Below, piece by piece: positions 31,823 to 35,201 of a DNA stretch of 35,201 nucleotides. Origin of the DNA: Patescibacteria group bacterium (GTDB taxonomy: Bacteria > Patescibacteriota > Microgenomatia > Levybacterales > UBA12049); assembly GCA_023485715.1 (NCBI GenBank), contig JAMCZG010000025.1:1-35201 (forward strand), written 5' to 3'. The position numbers and the translations under genes were made by a program. The notes under the pieces were generated by a model that saw nothing but the letters and a program-made list of their open reading frames with translations, made no database searches and had not been told where the DNA came from. Positions within the stretch are counted from its first letter, which is position 1. Each line of letters starts with the position of its first letter.

Positions 31823-34800
31823 TCCTAAAAATAAAGACTTAATGATCGTCGACTTTAGTTCGCTTAAGATTCTTCTTGCGAGTAAAGAGGATATTACTAA
31901 TTGGTCTTACGGTGAAATTACCAAGCCGGAAACGATTAATTACAGAACGCTTCGGCCGGAGAAAGATGGTCTTTTCGACGAAAGAATTTTCGGACCTACA
32001 AAAGACTGGGAATGTTATTGCGGTAAATATAAAAGAATAAGATATAAGGGAATAGTCTGTGATAAATGCGGTGTGGAAGTCACATTGTCGAGGGTTCGCA
32101 GGGAAAGAATGGGACACATTTCTTTGGCTTGTCCAGTCGCCCATGTATGGTTTTTCAAAGGTCCGTCCTCTTCCCTATCTTTAATCCTAGATGTTTCACA
32201 AAAGAATTTGGAGTCGGTTATTTATTATGCATCTTATCTTGTAACCGCGATCGACGAAAAGAAAAAGGAACACGCACTTTCCCAATTTGCGCAAATAATC
32301 GATGACCGCAAGAAAAAACAGCAAAGAGAAAAAGAACTAGAAGAAAAAAAGATCGATAAAGAAATAGAGGAAAAATTAAAAGAAGCAAAGCAAACAAACA
32401 TCACGAAAGAGCAAAAACAGCTTATAACTCAAGAACTTGCGCTTCTAAAAAGACAAAGAAATACACGACTTTCGGAACGCTTAGAGGCAGAAAATAAAAA
32501 ACTCGACGAAATAGCAGAAGCACTTGCCAAGCTTTTAAAAAGCTTAAAGGTGGGGAGCGTTCTTTCTGAAGATGAATATTTCAAACTTCTGGAATACGAT
32601 ATTCCCGTATTCTTCACGATTAAAACCGGCGCGCAGGCGATTTTGGAATTATTAGATAAAGTTGATATATCTTCGTTAATCGTTTCTCTCCGGAGCGAAT
32701 CGGAAAAATCAAGCGGGGCAAAATACTTAAAAATTATCAAAAGATTAAGGCTTCTTGAAATGATGAGGAAGGCCGGGGTGACTGTTTCCTCTACAATTTT
32801 TACCGTTTTACCGGTAATTCCACCTGATTTAAGGCCGATGGTGCAGCTGGTTGGGGGAAGGTTTGCTACATCCGATCTAAACGATTTATATAGAAGGATA
32901 ATAAATAGGAATAACAGACTTAAGCACTTAATAGCTCTTGGAGCACCGGAAATAATTCTTCGAAACGAAAAGAGAATGCTCCAGGAATCGGTCGATACGC
33001 TTATCGATATGTCACAAAGAACCCAGGTTGTTGCGTCTCCCCTTCGGTCTCTTTCGGATATGTTACGCGGGAAACAGGGGAGATTTAGACAAAACCTTCT
33101 TGGTAAAAGGGTAGATTATTCCGGCCGTTCGGTAATCGTAGTTGGTCCAAACCTGTCCCTTTCGCAATGTGGTCTTCCTAAAGACATGGCACTCGAAATG
33201 TTTAAGCCCTTTGTTTTAAGAGAAGTAATAGTTCGGGGATACGCGCCTAACATAAAATCTGCAAAACGGTATATCGAAAAAAGACCGCCGGAAGTTTTTG
33301 ACATTTTAGAAGAAATAACAAAAAACCATCCCGTTTTATTAAACCGTGCGCCGACACTTCATAAGCTCGGTATACAGGCATTTTATCCGGTTTTAATCGA
33401 AGGATCGGCGATTAGTATTCATCCGTGCGTTTGTTCTGGATACAACGCGGATTTCGACGGAGACCAAATGGCAGTCCATATTCCATTATCGCAAAAAGCC
33501 CAGGAAGAAGCGGTAAATCTTATGATGCCAAGCTTTAATTTATTGAAACCTGCAGACGGAAACCCGATCACGCTTCCAAACAGGGAAATGGCTGTTGGAG
33601 TTTTCTTTTTAACAACTATGGACGAAAGATTGAGAAAAGAAGAAATTCCATATTTTGCAGAAATAAACGAAGTGTTTTTAGCGCACTCGCTGAATAAAAT
33701 AAACTTACGCGAACCGATTAACGTCAGAATCGAAAATAAAATAGTCGAGACCACAGTCGGAAGACTTATGTTTAACGAAAAACTTCCGAAAGTTTTAGGT
33801 TTTATTAACCAGGCAGTTAAGGCATCAACGATTAGGAAAATCGTAACAACTGCAATTTCTGTTTGTTCATCCCAAGAAGTAGCGGAGCTTATCGATAATA
33901 TTAAAAATCTCGGATTTTATGCAGCGACAATTTCCGGAGTTTCCGTTTCGGTTTTTGACAACCAGATGGTTCCGGAAAAAGAAAAACTAATCGAAGATGC
34001 AGAAAAAAAGATTTCGGAAATAAACGACGAATACCAGGCTGGACTCATTACGCTTGACGAGAGGAAAAGATTGTCAAACGAAACATGGCTTAAAACAACA
34101 GACGCGATTGCAGATCTTACATGGAACAGTTTAACTCTGACGAATCCGATTAAAACATTTATCGATTCAGAGGGAACCAGGGTTGGTAAAGATCAATTAA
34201 AACAGTTATCTGCGATAAGAGGGTTAATTTTAGATCCGTTGGGAAAAATCGTCGAACTTCCGATCAAGTCAAATTTCAGAGAAGGCTTATCGATTTTTGA
34301 ATACGTTACATCGGCGAGGGGTTCGAGAAAAGGGTTAACGGATTCGGCCCTAAAAACAGCAAACGCGGGGTATTTAACAAGAAGACTTGTCGATGTGGCA
34401 CACGATGTTATCATAAGAAACGAAGATTGTGGAACAACAGAGGGAATAGCTATTTTTGAAGAGAAAAACAGAGCGGCGTTGGCTGACCGATTAATCGGAA
34501 GATTAGCCCTAAACGATATACATTCGAAAAAGACGAAAAAAAGATTTCGGAAGTTCGACGATTTTATAACAGAAGAAAAGGCTAAAGCGATCGTCGAAAA
34601 CGATGTAAAAGAGGTAATTGTCAGGTCCCCTTTAACCTGCAAGCATCTATACGGGTTATGCGCAAATTGCTATGGATGGGATTTTGCGACGAGAAGAAAA
34701 GTTGAGCTCGGCGTCCCGGTTGGAGTCGTTGCTGCGCAATCGATCGGAGAGCCCGGAACCCAGCTTACGATGAGGGTTAGACATTTCGGAGGAGTTGTAA

Positions 34801-35201
34801 TGTCGGACGTTACCCAAGGGTTGCCGAGGGTCGAAGAGTTGTTCGAAATGAGAACGCCTAAAAACCTCTCCCCGATCACAGAGATTAGCGGGAAAGTAAA
34901 AATCGAAACACGGGACGACGGATATGTTGTAAAAATTAAAAACAGTAAAATAAAACCGATCGAAGAACGCGAATATTTTGTTCCGCTTGCTGCAGATATT
35001 TTAATCTCAGACGGCGATGACGTTGTTGCGGGGACTCCGCTTGCAGAAGGCCACTTGGATCCAAAAGAGGTTCTAAAAGTCAGAGGCTTAACTCAGACAC
35101 AGCAGTATATAGTAAACGAGGCTCAAAGGGTTTATGAATCTCAGGGAATCGCGATTAACGATAAGCATTTTGAAGTAATTTTACGCAAGCGGAGTCCCCG
35201 C
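31815..35201 (+). CDS. rpoC: DNA-directed RNA polymerase subunit beta-prime, partial (runs off the 3' edge)
   Basis: Not in the ORF track because there is no stop in the window. ATG 31815 overlaps the rpoB end by 8 nt and is preceded by GGAGG at 31801-31805. Translation gives a zinc-binding N-terminus ([25 protein letters not shown]), [42 protein letters not shown] and the [12 protein letters not shown] catalytic loop. The frame is open to nt 35201. Confidence 0.97.
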   Translation, partial: MNNPKNKDLMIVDFSSLKILLASKEDITNWSYGEITKPETINYRTLRPEKDGLFDERIFGPTKDWECYCGKYKRIRYKGIVCDKCGVEVTLSRVRRERMGHISLACPVAHVWFFKGPSSSLSLILDVSQKNLESVIYYASYLVTAIDEKKKEHALSQFAQIIDDRKKKQQREKELEEKKIDKEIEEKLKEAKQTNITKEQKQLITQELALLKRQRNTRLSERLEAENKKLDEIAEALAKLLKSLKVGSVLSEDEYFKLLEYDIPVFFTIKTGAQAILELLDKVDISSLIVSLRSESEKSSGAKYLKIIKRLRLLEMMRKAGVTVSSTIFTVLPVIPPDLRPMVQLVGGRFATSDLNDLYRRIINRNNRLKHLIALGAPEIILRNEKRMLQESVDTLIDMSQRTQVVASPLRSLSDMLRGKQGRFRQNLLGKRVDYSGRSVIVVGPNLSLSQCGLPKDMALEMFKPFVLREVIVRGYAPNIKSAKRYIEKRPPEVFDILEEITKNHPVLLNRAPTLHKLGIQAFYPVLIEGSAISIHPCVCSGYNADFDGDQMAVHIPLSQKAQEEAVNLMMPSFNLLKPADGNPITLPNREMAVGVFFLTTMDERLRKEEIPYFAEINEVFLAHSLNKINLREPINVRIENKIVETTVGRLMFNEKLPKVLGFINQAVKASTIRKIVTTAISVCSSQEVAELIDNIKNLGFYAATISGVSVSVFDNQMVPEKEKLIEDAEKKISEINDEYQAGLITLDERKRLSNETWLKTTDAIADLTWNSLTLTNPIKTFIDSEGTRVGKDQLKQLSAIRGLILDPLGKIVELPIKSNFREGLSIFEYVTSARGSRKGLTDSALKTANAGYLTRRLVDVAHDVIIRNEDCGTTEGIAIFEEKNRAALADRLIGRLALNDIHSKKTKKRFRKFDDFITEEKAKAIVENDVKEVIVRSPLTCKHLYGLCANCYGWDFATRRKVELGVPVGVVAAQSIGEPGTQLTMRVRHFGGVVMSDVTQGLPRVEELFEMRTPKNLSPITEISGKVKIETRDDGYVVKIKNSKIKPIEEREYFVPLAADILISDGDDVVAGTPLAEGHLDPKEVLKVRGLTQTQQYIVNEAQRVYESQGIAINDKHFEVILRKRSPR

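Noticed and set aside
31839-34879. Minus-strand ORFs of 62-149 aa in the track (31839-32144, 32429-32740, 33116-33304, 33419-33754, 34193-34642, 34670-34879), plus the plus-strand alternative-frame ORF 32066-32305.
   Set aside because: All lie inside the clearly conserved rpoC reading frame, which the track omits only because it has no in-window stop. Their sequences are low-complexity shadow translations.

Overview
AT-rich, very gene-dense bacterial chromosomal segment. I count 24 protein-coding genes, including one unlisted 49-aa ORF and rpoC, which runs off the 3' edge and so is missing from the ORF track. I found no tRNA/rRNA, CRISPR array, transposase or integrase. The standard code applies, since TGA is used as a stop. 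Trimmed housekeeping proteins (492-aa IF-2, 598-aa AlaRS), an archaeal-type AMP-phosphorylase homologue, a sortase and many stop/start overlaps suggest a reduced-genome, Gram-positive-type lineage, most plausibly Candidate Phyla Radiation/Patescibacteria (inference, not proven). Plus strand, 110-20105: ClpC-like Hsp100, exported M64-like Cys-rich protein, small membrane protein, membrane-anchored Hsp100, then nusA, infB, a degenerate DHH protein, rpsO, pnp, a Lon AAA+ module without protease domain, rnj, ftsK, a rodZ-like gene and a ytxG/ytxH-like pair. Minus strand, 28283-20106: trxB, then a tightly packed string of alaS, a 761-aa bitopic protein, sortase, the 49-aa ORF, the AMP-phosphorylase homologue and mltG. 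Plus strand, 28472 to the end: rpoB and rpoC. The best candidates for something undescribed are: (1) the coupled four-gene module at 110-7392, pairing a soluble M-domain-less Hsp100 with a membrane-tethered Hsp100 whose first ATPase ring is mutated, around an exported M64-like protein with an HExxxH site; (2) a Lon ATPase module with no protease domain, wedged between PNPase and RNase J; (3) a catalytically degenerate NrnA-like DHH protein in the nusA-infB-rpsO-pnp cluster; (4) a bitopic protein with a degenerate actin-like (FtsA/PilM-like) cytoplasmic domain overlapping a sortase gene, followed by an unannotated 49-aa ORF; and (5) a recurrent promoter architecture, with two promoters sharing identical 11+11-nt blocks and several -10 boxes lying 6-7 nt from an ATG, which implies leaderless mRNAs. 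All homology statements come from reading motifs by eye and from memory of the families. No database search was run.
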